Assembly: GCA_030141605.1 (NCBI GenBank)
Contig: JAQGDQ010000046.1
Span: 186,001-250,000, forward strand
Direction: 5' to 3'
DNA length: 64,000 bases
Source: Tubiluchus corallicola
Taxonomy: Eukaryota > Animalia > Priapulida
Shown here piece by piece: positions 50,801 through 64,000 of this stretch. The notes below the pieces were generated by a model. That model made no database searches. It was not told where the DNA came from and saw only the letters and a program-made list of their open reading frames with translations. A program made the position numbers and the translations under genes. Positions within the stretch are counted from its first letter, which is position 1. Each line of letters begins with the position of its first letter.

Positions 50801-53800
50801 GTGTATCAACAAATTGCTCCCAAAAAAACAAGATATCCTAACTGTTTAAAATAACAGCAATAACAAAGCAAAATAAATTACTTGATTGTGTAGGTTGGTG
50901 TTCTTCTTGTAAATGCTCTGTCTTCAAGTTAAGCTGGAACACTGGTAGAGCAAAGATCATCTCAGTGATGTGACCATAGTCCTTGCTCTGATGACGTGAT
51001 TTTTTGTCAAGTCCACTGGTAGCTGATTCAAGGCGTTCATACTCTACTATGGGAAACCTACTCATATCTGAAGCAAAAACAGATTAATACACTTCTGTAA
51101 GTAAGAAACAGTAAAAGGTCAGTGCAATAAAGTGAGTATAAGCTTGTTATTAAGCAATGATTAGCAATGGATATGCTTATTATTTTCTGTAACATGTAAG
51201 TTGCAGAAATAATTAGCCGCCACAGTGTGTTGACTGCTAAGGTGAATTGAAAATGTCAACAATGAAAGCCCTTAACAAATTTTCTGCATGTCAATTAAGA
51301 ATATAAAACACAAAAGAAGTTACAATTGAAAAGTTAGCAATTTTCGATAATAAAATTAAAATGTGTTTTGGCAGATAGGATTCAGTCCGTTTCCTGAAAC
51401 TGTGGTACATTTAAATGACTGGTTTCATTCAGATTCATAATGCGTAAACATTGCGCGTGAAATTGATAGAATCATTTACTACTGTTATTTCGCTTTACAC
51501 ACAATTACATAAGACACATAATGGTTGACAAGAGAACGCGCTGACAAATAAACTACATAACCTATTAACAATGCTGCTAAATTTTTCTCTATTTAATATG
51601 TACAGCCAACTCGGACTGTACGTTGTATAAGCAAATGTAAAGACAAAAAATTACTTTAAACTCGCATATCGATCATATACTTTCAGCAATGTACCTCAAA
51701 CAAACTGAAATAATTATCTATGTAAGTGGCATGTGCAAAAACTGCTTGACTCGGTCATCTAGGAAAATAATGAAGATGCCTAATTGCAGACTTAAACTTG
51801 TAAGTAGCCATTTAATCCCTAATTAAAATTCTGCATCTTCTGGTGCAGATTTCTATCACACAGATTTTGTGATTAGATAATCTTTAAAATTAGACCCTAT
51901 TGCCCACACATATAGCTGATGATGAATAGGTGGATAAAAATGTTTATAACTCCCACTAAGTCACTGAGGTTTGCAACTTACCATCAATTTCACTGGATGC
52001 AAAAGCGTAATTGAACCAATCACCCACAGCGCGAAACTGTGGTGGAATGTAATGACTTCGGGTTATACGACAAATAGTTGCCATGTCTTTGCTATGTGTA
52101 TGTTCTGTTGTGTGGTGGCCCAGTCTCAACGATAGGTTCTGAACTATGTGTGTGCTGCAAGACTCTAAAATATCGAGAATGACCAAATCTAGTGAGACAA
52201 TTATGATATAGGACTATTCCACTCTTTAATGCTCTTCAAAAAGTAAAAGTATTTCTAAGTTGTACATCTTAGTTATCACTTAATATGCAAAATATCTGGG
52301 TTCAAAAACAGTGCAGTAACAACTATACTGATAAAATAATAATGATTTTAAATAGGCAAAAACAAATGAATATATCTCCAAGGTCTTTTGACTGAACGTG
52401 ATTATGAACGACCAAAACAAACTTGTCACAAAAAACAAGTTTATAGAAAAATTAACAACTAATTGGGATAAATATTATCACTCACCACCAGCCATAACAT
52501 CCTGAGCTTCAGAGGCAAAAGCAATGTGTGGTTCTCTCAAACTAAATAGTGCCCACGATTTTGATCTAAAATTGATACCATGAAAGCATGCCAGTGAAAT
52601 ATTGTTTCCCGTCAGATCGATTGTGCCACCAAGAATGGTGCCATGCTCAGGGAGTACATTAGCGAATGTACCAAGACGGAATCCTGATACTAGCTCCAAC
52701 ACTTTCTGCCAATGTCTATGATGTCGTACAAAGTCTTCTGCATATTCTAAAAAATGAAATAATCACAAATGTTGAAACCGCAATTAAGCAAAAGATGAAA
52801 CAAATACATCCCATTTAAAAAAGTGATGCGTGTTGACCTAAATGCAATATCCCTTGGCAAGGCTCTTAGAAATGGAGAAAATAATTCTACTACATAGGTA
52901 CACACTAGTTATACATTATTAACTGTGACATTAATGATATATGTTAACTAGTGATATAAGAAAGGAGCAGTGAGATACACATAGTTAAGTGAACTCATCT
53001 GGTCGATGATATTAGGAGGAGATCAGCAGCAATGAAATCACTTGAAGATGAAAAACTTTCATATAATTAACAGAAGGACTGAAAAAACTGTATAGAAGTA
53101 GAAATTTTTATATGACCTAATAAAAGGAAATAAAAAAATGATATACCAAGATCTTCTCTTCAATTAATCATAATTATAAAACATAAGCCCTTCTTGAAAA
53201 TGATGGTTTTGAGGACTGATCAATACCTCGTTTTTTAACAATCCTGTTACTGTGCTGAGAGTCGCTTAAAATAAATTGGTTTAGCAAGGCATGATCAAAA
53301 ATGAAGTAAAATACTAGGGAATGTGTAGAATCATACAGTAACAAACAATAAAAAGAGAAGTTTATTTGGCACATAAGGGCAACACGTAACTTAATGTGAA
53401 CTGCTAATGACAACACGCTTGCCAAATTTGAGTGGAATCGTTTTTTTAAATTTAAATCCTTTTCAACCAACTCCTATAATATTCATTGTTGTGATAATGT
53501 TGTACAACCTTATGAATTCTTTGAAAAGCACAAAAACTTATTAACAAACCATCAGCAATAGTGGACAACTTTCGTCGTGTTCTAATAGACCTAGCTGTCG
53601 ATGTCCTGGGCTGCCAGACAGTTAAAACTCTTTTGCTACTATCAAACTGTTGATTGAAAAACTCCTCTAGTTTGTTTGTCATACGAAGCAAATCAGCTGT
53701 CGTTGAACGAGAGATCATTAGATGGAGCTGGTCCCAGTGAAGGTCACCAATAACAAATATGTGTGCATTCCTAAATGATAAAGATTGTGAGACTTCACAT

Positions 53801-56800
53801 AAAAATCCACTTTGCCTGCTCACCATTATTAAAAAGAATGCAAGACAACTGGAAAATTGCTGCTTATAAAAATTACACTGTTCAAACAAGTGACCAAAGG
53901 ATAAGTTTTTAAAATGACATTTTTAACTTTGTAATTAAATTTCCCATTATCAAAATTTTTACACAAACAAGGCTAACTGAAATCACAAACAAATAATTTA
54001 TATCAAACGTGTGTTATCAACAGAGTAAAAAAGACGAAAATATAATTTAAAGATGTACAGAACGGTTTGAAAACCCAGGCAACATACATCATATCGCAAA
54101 TAAATCTTACACATACAGATAATTTAACTACCCGTACCATTTTTCATAGTTTCCATAAATATGACTATTCTTTATTGATTACAAAATACTACCACACCGT
54201 GGCACACTCATTTGAAAAAAATGCATATAACTATTGGTTGGTATGATCACTAAAAAATAAGAAACCTTAAATCTTCTATGTTATCTATAAAATACCTTTT
54301 TGTTGCTGAAAGTTCTTTATCTTCTATTGGTGAACTAACACACCATTCATCATTTACTAACACATTTAATGAACTGATGCGAACCATTAATACACTTGAT
54401 CCCATGTAGTCCAACTTCGATTCCAGTGCCCGCAATGACACACCTAGTTTATGATATGGCTCCATGCCAACATCTTCTTTTACGTGTGCTGTATGTTACA
54501 CAATAAAAAATTGAAAGTCCTTTTATTTAAATGTTCAATGACAAACAAAACAAAACGTTTCTAGCAAACCTCAAGTAAACCTCAATTTGAAAAACAATTA
54601 GAGTAGCAACACGTGAAAAGAGATTGGCAACTTAACTTGAAGCAATAAAATCGGATGTTGTGCAGGACTATTTTAACTTTTCCATCGATTAGAATCACAA
54701 GCATATAATCATGTCTCAACAAAGCACAATAGACTTCAACGCAGAATTTACAGGAACGCATGAAAAACTGTAAAAAATATGTACCGTAACAATATAATTC
54801 AGATAATCCTATGGTACCACCCACAATACCACCTTTCCCATCAACAGTTGATGTACCTAAACCCATGGAAGCAAATAAATTCTTATGCCCTCGACTGCCA
54901 ATAGAAAAACGACCTTGAGATTTCAAGTCTTTGGTCAGCCATCTGAAATACATGCAAAACATTTTAAAAAATGTTCATCAGTATATTAGTTTAAGAAATA
55001 ACAAGTTTGCTTCCCAACAAAATTAAACATATTTGCCTTTGAAATGTGATCTAAGTACAGTCAAACCTCGTTATAACATCCCACTTTATAATTCCAACCA
55101 TACTTATTGCCCAGACTTTTGGCAAAACAAAGTGTCTCTATTTGCTGGCAAAACAAAGTGTCTCTATTTGCATAGACATATATGCATTAATGTACCTGTT
55201 ATAATACTAAAGTCACTTAACGCCAATTTTTTTTGCAGTCCCAAATTAGGCATTGTAAAGAAGTTTGACACTAATATGAAAAAGCTTAAGATTGCATGAG
55301 CAACACCTGTTATTCACAATCATAGGTCATAAAGTCACTTGAAATCCCTGACTATTCATCACAAGCAATGCAGTTCAAGAATACTCGCCATTACACGAGA
55401 TTTCTCCTGATTACTGGTTATTCATGATTAGATGAGATTGATCAAAGGTCATACGTGTAATTTATGATTACCAACAATAGTATGATTATTCGGTTTAATC
55501 AAGTTTAATCTTTGATTATCAACAATAACCTTACTCACGTGCAATTCCCCATTACGTTCCCCATATTCATATGAATCTCAAGCCTCGCCAGATTCACTGC
55601 AAATAGAACCAGAGTTTCCCATATTTTGCTGGATTTAGGGGGGTGAGCTCCGACAGTCAAATGGCGACGCGCTGTCACATCAGTAGCAGCCTCAGTAGGC
55701 TTTAAAACGGTACCCTTTTCTGAAGCAACTTCGTGCCTCTTTTCTTCTTGTTTTTGTTCTTCTTCACCAATCTTTTTTGATTTTATAACTGGTTGTGATA
55801 AGCGAGTTGTTTGGGGTATAGAATCTGAAACATTAACAACAGCATACCAGCACTACTTCCCTCATAGATGGAAAAATGAACTACAGCAAAGAATAAATTC
55901 CTAGTTTTTGCTATTATTACTTTAGATGAGATTTTACCGGAATAAACTGAAACTACGTACTAATTAAAAAAAAAACAGATATAACAAACATATTAAAGAA
56001 AATGGGAAATCCAAGGTGCTGAAGAATCTAGTATAAATTATTGGAATAAAAGTTATTTTTATTTTATTGCTGGTGTTGACATTTTTAGTGAGAATCTAAC
56101 AGAGCATAATGTAGACATAAGAACAAAGGTGAATTGTTTAACACCATTAATTGTAACCTGGAAGGCTTTTGCAAATTTGTGAATCAGTAAGGTGCAGTGG
56201 CTTCATGTCCATCCCATGGTAGTACGAGGCCACTGACATTTTTAGTGAGAATCTAACAGAGCATAATGTAGACATAAGAACAAAGGTGAATTGTTTAACA
56301 CCATTAATTGTAACCTGGAAGGCTTTTGCAAATTTGTGAATCAGTAAGGTGCAGTGGCTTCATGTCCATCCCCATGGTAGTACGAGGCCACTGATCAGAA
56401 GAGCCTCGCCGATGAGACCGCCTACTCATCTCTCCTGGCAGTTCACATTTTGTGTAGAAATAGGTAAGATCGCTTTCTACAGATGATCCGGAAGAAACAC
56501 TGCTGGTCTCATCTACACAAAACAGTCGAAACGTAAACTCAGATCCTTAGTTACATAATTACCAATTTCCTATACAATGAATGATTTTTAGTTAATCAAT
56601 TAATCAATTAGCTGGCAATTAACTCATTTACACAGATGTTTTAATTGCAACTAGCCAGAATTAATACACTTTGTGGTTAGGTATAAGTGATGCCCAAATG
56701 TACAAGAGTATAGGTGGTGCTGTTTGATTGTGCATGGTGGAAGGATGGATTCAGGCCTTCTCTGTCCAGTGGTGGGTTCATATCTTAGATGATTAGAGCA

Positions 56801-59800
56801 AGTGGGCATAATCCATTGGCCTCAGGCACAAGTCCCGATATATTCACAATTTTTTAGCATTATCTCTTTCTGTAAAAAATTTGTCATAAGACTAATTGTT
56901 GCATATTCTAACTGTAAAGTTCATATATTCTGACTAACCACAGTACTCCTTGAATGGATTAATTGTCAGGTAATTTAAAATTCATTAACTAAAAGGTAAT
57001 GGTTAGCAGTGGTATAGATGGTTGTGTTTCACTGTATCTGCTATACAGCTGAGAACTGCTAAGATAGATAGAACAAGTGAAAATGTATACACGATTTTTT
57101 AGCATCATCTCTTTCTGCGACAAATTTGTCATAAAACAAATTGTTTTCAAATGATTTTTGACAAACTATTTGATGATACAGAATTTCGACAAAATTTTTT
57201 AGTTCTACAACTTTGGATTAACATTTAAGATGTTGTATTCAGGAGCATAACAGCGGGCGAGTTACACTTGGATTTCATTAGAACTCTTCTGTACACTAAT
57301 CAATTCTCATAGAAATAGGCACACTGACAGGTAAAAGAACTGTTTCCTAAAACGCCATTTCACAAAAGAGAATCTGCCACAATCTAATGAAACCATCAAA
57401 ACAATCTCCATTCAAAGTCTTAGTATAACAGTATGGATAAAGTAACAGTATACTTTATTATGAATTTTAAATAACACGTATAATATATATATATGGGAAA
57501 CCTTCTGAAGAATATACTGTCACTCCACCACTTTGGTCTCCCAGAAACATGCGACGAGCAATGCTACGCCGATACCAAGCTTTTGGAAAGGCAAGAATTT
57601 CTGTCAGCCTCCTCATGTCATACTTAAACGATGCATAGCCAATGTCACATACAGCTAAAGAAAAATATTTGCTTGCTTAACATAAAAGTTTGAAATGCAA
57701 GGATCAAAATACAATACAGCACACTTGTGAGGAATGTCTTTTAGCAAACTTGAAGACGAATGTAAAGTGTTATTATGCAATCGAGAACTTACTAGAGAAC
57801 TTAATGATTGCTCTGTGTTTTGTTGATGGAGATCGGCCTGTCAAGCCATCTGACATCGCACTTTTGGAAGTGCAAGCCTCTTCTATCTTCCGACTACGTG
57901 ATATATTGACCTAAGCAAAAATGAAATGAAAACACAATTTAGATGTAGCACATTCAGGGTGTAATCTTGAGTAACCAGCCACCTACTGCCTATAAAGTAA
58001 AAGTTATGGAAAAATATTGATGTAGGAGACCATAAAAGATAAAAAAGAACAGAATATGTCTTCAAAATGCAACTTGGCTATAATACAAATCTTGGAATTC
58101 CTAGATTTTAAATTTCTAAGAATTAAACAAATGCAACATTTGCCATTAACGAACTTACCTCTGAATTAAATAAATATTCAAAATGACAATCTAACTTATT
58201 ACAGTTTAATAATAATAATGTTTACTGTCAATTCCTCGCTTCAAAACTTCATAATAAAAAAATATAAAAGCAGCTTTACTCACTTTCACAAATTCCACGT
58301 TAAGGCTCAGAGAATCTTTCCGGACCATATCTATGTAAGGGGACGCATGTTCTTGCTTTTTGCCTGCAACACCTAGTGCCACCTATATACAAGCATGATT
58401 ATCAATAAGGCTAAAAATATAAAAAATTCAAGATAAAATCTTGAAGCAACCAAAAAAAACCAAGCAAAACTTATTAGTGCCTTGTATTTCTTTGTAAAAA
58501 GAATTACAAAGCAGATGCCTTAATGAAAATAATACATGAAACTGTCTGAAATATAGTCAGTACTAATTTAGCTGCGCTTACAGTAAATCAACCAAGTGTG
58601 TAGTTTCTTGAGCAATTTTGTAAAACATGGTCAAATAAATCACTAATAAACTGTGGTGTCAGTGCCAAATACTAACAGATGATATAAATTTGTTATCTTC
58701 AATTTACATTTTTTATGTTTATAAAACGTGTTTGTATTACACAAAATACCTCATGCAAGACTGTTAAATTTTTGTTTAATTTTACTTTAATTTAACTTTG
58801 CCATAAATAATGCCAAAAAAAAGTACGTTAACGTAACAGGTGGGTTGTTAGCACCTGGATTTTGTCCAAATGAGACTATCAGTTCACAGTTTTATGAATT
58901 ATTAAACCTGTTAATTGCTTGCCGGATTTTCACAATGCAATTAATTATTTAATCTTTACTGTATGTTAAGGTGTATTGTAAACATAATAGGCTATACAGG
59001 AATGATTTAAAGTCATGTAAAGTTACCGGTTTGCATAGTAGACTTAATGTTACAAGCTATTAACTTTGTAACTAGTCATAAAGTGATTCTTCAATTTCTA
59101 CTAAACTAATTTCTCTAGTACATATCGATATAAGCTTGTTCAGGGAGTTTCTCCCTAGAAAACAATTATTATGTGTTACAGGGGATATACCTAATTTCCC
59201 ATTTGTCTAGGCAAAGCAGTTAGTATGCACAATGTAACAACTAAAATGCTAGAGCAGATGATGTAAAAAGTTGTTTATTTATAGTTAAAACCGTGATATT
59301 GTATACTACCCATAATGTGACATCTAACCAAGTTATCATCTATCATCATTTCTTAAGCACAATTAACTATAGTTTATAAAACCATAAATAACGAATTGAC
59401 TTTCTCAACCCCTTGTGCAGAATTGTTAAATTTTTAAGCTGTTGGTTTCTATATCAGCATAGTAAATAAGTAGGTCACTGCAATAGCTGGGTTATTTAGT
59501 GCCTCCATTTTGTGCAAATGAGATGGTCATTTTAGAATTTGAGGAACATTACACATTCAAAGACATCATACAAAAAATGCACTAACAGAGCTACCCAGTG
59601 GATTGTATTTTCAAGGGGCACTTACCTTTTTTCCTGCACCACCATACGGGTGGAATATATACATAGAAAAGTCAGCCAGGCTAGCCGTAATGCTGATGCC
59701 ACCACCACCTACAGTAGTGCCACCAGTGGAAGAATCTTGACTTAGGCTAGTACTGAACGAACCCCGACTGTTACCACTGCTGGTACGCGCACGTTGTCCC

Positions 59801-62800
59801 TTACTTGTATCTACATAACAAAAAAAAACTGTGTCAAATTCAACAAATTACATATGACGTACATTTTTAATACTTCCTGCACGTGCAGTGGAAAATTGCA
59901 AAATTGAGAAACAAAAAAGATTATGACATCATATTCCTGGTCCACAACTTCCGACCTAGAAGCCCCCAGCTCTGGAACTTAATGAGGCCCCTTACTGGAT
60001 TCGCACGTCACCTGGTTCTCGAGTTTTGACACTAGAATTACTGTACATTAAGCGGAGGGTATTGAATAAGAAAATCATATTGCAATATATCGCGATATTC
60101 TTGCACAATGCAATATGTATTGTGATGTATTGCCATTTTTAAAGGAAATATAAGTCAATATGTAGAGAGTGATGCACAATGCAGGAGAGTGATGCACAAA
60201 CGCAAGCAGCACATTTCAAAATTTCACTTCCCCGCAGTGCAGCTCTCATTAGTATACATGAAGTGTGCATTGTTCAGTTCTGGTAAGCTTTAGCAGTTCA
60301 GTTTGTTGAAAGTGTAATGATTTGGGAGCTCGTAGTTTAGGTGGTTCTTGCTAATGTATCTACAATTGCCCAATTGCCAAAATCACCTAAATTGCAAATA
60401 TGCTATAACCTGAATCAAAATTTGTGAATTTGATGAACTGATTTAAACTGAGATTGAATGAGAATCTTACATAATAGCTCAGTGGTTTGCAAATTTTGTA
60501 ACAATATTGTCCAGTCAAAAGACATTAGGTAAATTGTCAAGGTGCTCCTAGTGTAATGATGACCTCAAGCAGTTACTGATTAACCTTAAAAAACAGTTTT
60601 AAAATATTTAATGAAATGATCATATTTGTTACACGTTGCAGGATTATAAGTTTTCGCTGTGAATTGAAGCAGCACAGTGAAAAATGCAATAACCAGAAGG
60701 GCCACTCTTGCTCAGAGACCCTTCAGCGCTTACTGGGAAAGCCAGCATGGTAGTTACAGCCCAGGGCAATCTGTCAACATCCCCAAAAAAACTGGTTCAA
60801 TGTCTAGAATTGTGAAGACACATAAATGCATCTTAAAAACATCCTAAAACAAAACAAAATACAAATTATAAATTATAGTATGATACAAACTTTTGACATT
60901 TGAAAAAGATGTCTCATGTGATATATTAGCACTGGACAAAGCATCGCCCGTCTCATCGGTCTTCTTTGATGACACAACAAGATCCACTGAGGGCAGCCTA
61001 AAAAAATCAACAATGGCGATTAGCATACTGGCAAAGTGATAACTTATTCATGATGATCACACCTCACACCTGGTTTGCAAAGCTGTGTATGTGATGGCAT
61101 GGCTCCTTTAAACAAATAAATCACATGACATTTCAAAATCAAAACAGAAAAGTACGATACGATCGTTATGTAATGAGGGCATAGCTTGAAAAGCCAGATT
61201 GCTGAAAGTGCAATAGGACTTATGGCAAACTCACAGCCAATAAAAAGGACTTAGAATCTCATACATACAGTCACTATGATGTAAAACCTCTTAAGTAATG
61301 AAATTAAAACTATTCATATAGGACCTTATTCGCTATATAATAATTAACTTATACCAGACTGCCAGACATACTATTTCAGGCAGAAGCAATAGGTCTCTAG
61401 CTAAAAACACTGCATTTGTAGCACTCGTCTTCACAACTTTATTAATGCAGTATTGATTTTTTTGCTTAACTTATAATGTTAAGCTTGCTGTATCATAAGG
61501 AACTAATAGGTACAAATAGTAGGTGATGCTACAAGTAGTAGCAGAAACTAAAATGGCCTTGAATAAGATAGGTATCATAGTAATCTTACACTTAAACTTT
61601 ATGGTACATATTGATTTCAAATTTTACAAAAAGAATCTGATTTCATGTATTAAGACACTTTCATGCTCGTTCAGAATTTGTACTCTTTCACCAGCAACAC
61701 ATCCAGTCTTTTCTAATTCACTTAAGTACAGTGTTTCTGGAGAAACTCTCAATGTACATTTATGGAAGACAAAAGTATGGATCTACTAAAATTACAGCAA
61801 AATCTATGTCGAGTTTGTTGTTTATGAATTAATTAATATAACTTTTAAACTACTTGAAATGCAAAACATTGACAGGTACATTCTAAAACACTGACATAGG
61901 CATTTTGTTTCAGTTTTAACGTTTGTTAGCCTAGTAACTCCTTCCTAGTAACTTAAAGCTTACCACAGTAACACGGAGACAAGAAGAGAATTAAAAACAC
62001 ACTAAAAATCTTACAACATGCAGTACAGAATAGGACTAAACAATGACTAATCATCATTTAGTGAACAACTGACTGATTACCTCAACAAGCATTCGACACG
62101 GGAAACTGGAAGGCAGCTAAATCGAAATACACTAGGCTGAACCCTCAGGTAGACGACGACATCAACAGGAAATGATGCGTAGACATAGTTGCCATCAGAT
62201 ACTAATGATGCAGATGATGCTTCCATGTTGAAAACACTTCCTACAGCTTCGCTGGCTAATGAAGATAAAAGCTGGCTGCATTAATGTGAATAACTGTTAC
62301 AAAAAGCTTAACTATAATAACAATTTATGTGAAGGTTATGTAATATCATTTGCAGAGACAACTTTGTGCAAAATATTCTAAATGCAAAGGTTTGTATACA
62401 ATAACGGACTAAGACTAAATAATGACTAATCATCATTTAGTGAAAAACTACTTAAACAAGCATTCGACAAGTTTGGAATAAAAAATGTAAGTATCACCAA
62501 GTTTATATAAATGCTGTATATTATATACATACACATAATATTCTTATACAACAAGAAACAAAAGTCTTGTTAGACAAAGTGAAGTTCAGCACAATACTCA
62601 TGCCACATAAATGACAATTTCTACTCTTTTTACAAAAAGCAAAAAAACATTTCCGGTGCCTTTGCGATTTATGTACTTACTTTGTGGAATGGCAGGCTTT
62701 TGCACTGTGCCACCTTGTTGTAAAGGAAACACGTCCAGTGCTTCTTCCAAGAAATCTAGCAATGTCGGGCTAATAAATGTTTCCTGTAAGACCACAGTTA

Positions 62801-63461
62801 TAAAATACTTCATACGTACCAAAGACATAGTTTTTTTGAACCTGAGGGCAGGCCATTATTATCTTAGAACCTACATAGGTCAGCAAAACTAAGACGTCAA
62901 CTAGTTACTTTTGGAGTGACCTATCTTTTAAAACAAAAATGATATCTATAGCAACTTATTAGGATGTTCTTGTTAAGAAGCATATAAAGCTAGCATGAGA
63001 ACAAGGCAATTCAACTTACAAAGTGTTCCGCATACGATAGTATATGATCAGGCTTTATAATACGTAACAAATCGGGAACAACAAAAATTGTAAACTCGGT
63101 TGTTGGAAAAAACAATTTCATAATGCTTTGCACAGAGAATTAGAAGCAAAAACATGACTGAGGCTCGTTCATCATATTTGCACCCATTTGGGGAACAGAC
63201 ACACCTCCTTCGAATATACCCACATCCCTCTTGACATACCTCTACAGTTTGTAGACTCAACCAAGCATACAAATTTGCCCTTTTCATGCCGCTCTTCCGA
63301 CTGAGTCCTGACAGTGCTGCTGAACTGCAAGTTCTTTGTAAAGACAGGTTTTCTGTAGGTACTGATGAAATAAGATGGCCTGCATTAGTTGGTAAGGGCT
63401 GTGCAGGTAAACCCAACATTGCTGTAGGTTCTGTCGAAGCCGTTTTAGAATTGTAGTGCAC
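47804..63461 (-). CDS. BLTP1: Bridge-like lipid transfer protein 1 (KIAA1109/Tweek/Csf1/LPD-3), 3' portion; gene continues beyond the window end
   Basis: Exons 63240-63461 (ANLYAWLSLQ), 62681-62783 (ISPTLLDFLEEAL), 62081-62255 (SFPVDVVVYLRVQPS..FSCLPVSRVECLL), 60891-60997, 59626-59810 (DFSMYIFHPYG), 58284-58382 (RKDSLSLNVEFVK), 57793-57910, 57502-57654 (FKYDMRRLTEILAFPKAWYRRSIARRMFLGD), 55539-55824, 54785-54942, 54296-54488 (LDYMGSSVLM), 53550-53770 (SRSTTADL), 52486-52746 (LACFHGINFRSKSWALF), 51982-52164, 50882-51067, 49583-49711, 48829-48970 (DWREFVCQTWHLEPTVR), 48224-48356 (GVDYILQKLGF.HARTTIPKWIQRG), 47804-47917 (stop TAG). Confidence 0.95.
55058..55271. mobile_element. Short Tigger-like MITE (same family as 22470) with internal 27-bp tandem duplication
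   Basis: TA|CAGTCAAACCTCGTTATAAC ... GTAAAGAAGTTTGAC, and TGGCAAAACAAAGTGTCTCTATTTGC x2. Confidence 0.7.
56077..56394. repeat. Near-perfect 157-bp tandem duplication in a BLTP1 intron
   Basis: Units start at 56077 and 56234. The only difference I saw is one extra C in CATCCC(C)ATGG. Confidence 0.95.
56845..57145. repeat. Two diverged ~55-bp direct repeats ~245 bp apart
   Basis: ATTTTTTAGCATTATCTCTTTCTGTAAAAAATTTGTCATAAGACTAATTGTT vs ATTTTTTAGCATCATCTCTTTCTGCGACAAATTTGTCATAAAACAAATTGTT. Confidence 0.8.
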
Positions 63462-64000
63462 CTGAAAATAACAATTTTCATGTAAGGCCAAATTTCACTA
63501 AAGTGAGAACAATAAAACAAGCCATCGAAGAGAAAAATTACTAATCCTGTATGCATACGTTACAACAATTCTCATTAAGCCATTAATTCAAAAAAATGTT
63601 CAGCCTTCAATTGTTTTTAATATGATGAATAATAACAAATCACGATAAAGTATTTTTAATGAACAAAGCACGTACAATAATATTAGCACCTGTATTCGTC
63701 TACATAGTTGTATTCAAAAGCCAAGATAGATGCTATATCACATTTTCAATACCGAAGTATGATAAATAAGCATTTCTAAAAGTACAGCTCACTACACTAA
63801 TATTTAAGCGCTCTAATTTCCTTTTAACGTTGATTTTTTCCAGTGACGCAGTCAGTCAGTCATTTGACTCGTTCCAATTTTTAGGTAAACTAGTCTTCTT
63901 CTTAAGCTAACACATCCAAATTTTTTAATATCATGATGGTAAATGCAAAATGATGCATATGCAAAATTGGTAAATGCAAAATGCTAAGTAACAAAAACTT

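Noticed and set aside
53174-53270. Possible extra BLTP1 exon in a purine-rich intronic stretch
   Set aside because: The flanking exons (53550 and 52746) already join in phase 1, and no phase-compatible donor was found.

Overview
AT-rich, intron-rich animal (probably invertebrate) genomic DNA. It holds five spliced protein-coding genes whose exons I assembled by hand from splice sites and phases: NUBP2/CFD1 (-), TMEM165/GDT1 (+), ZFAND2B/AIRAPL (-), LRRC6/DNAAF11 (+) and the 3' part of BLTP1/KIAA1109 (-). They are arranged head-to-head, tail-to-tail, head-to-head, tail-to-tail. Introns carry many MITEs (Tc1/pogo-like with TA TSDs, hAT-like with an 8-bp TSD), Helentron/DINE-like elements with internal minisatellites, tRNA- and 5S-derived SINE heads and local tandem duplications. 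The best leads are: (1) an HDV/CPEB3-like double-pseudoknot ribozyme fold on the minus strand of a GC-rich insert in a TMEM165 intron (~17576-17669); (2) a frame-preserving 54-nt candidate new exon in ZFAND2B created by tandem duplication of an exon end; (3) a perfect RFX X-box flanked by forkhead sites in the 0.6-kb ZFAND2B/LRRC6 bidirectional promoter. Gene names come from recognised motifs, not database searches. Most ORFs in the supplied track are spurious or exon fragments.
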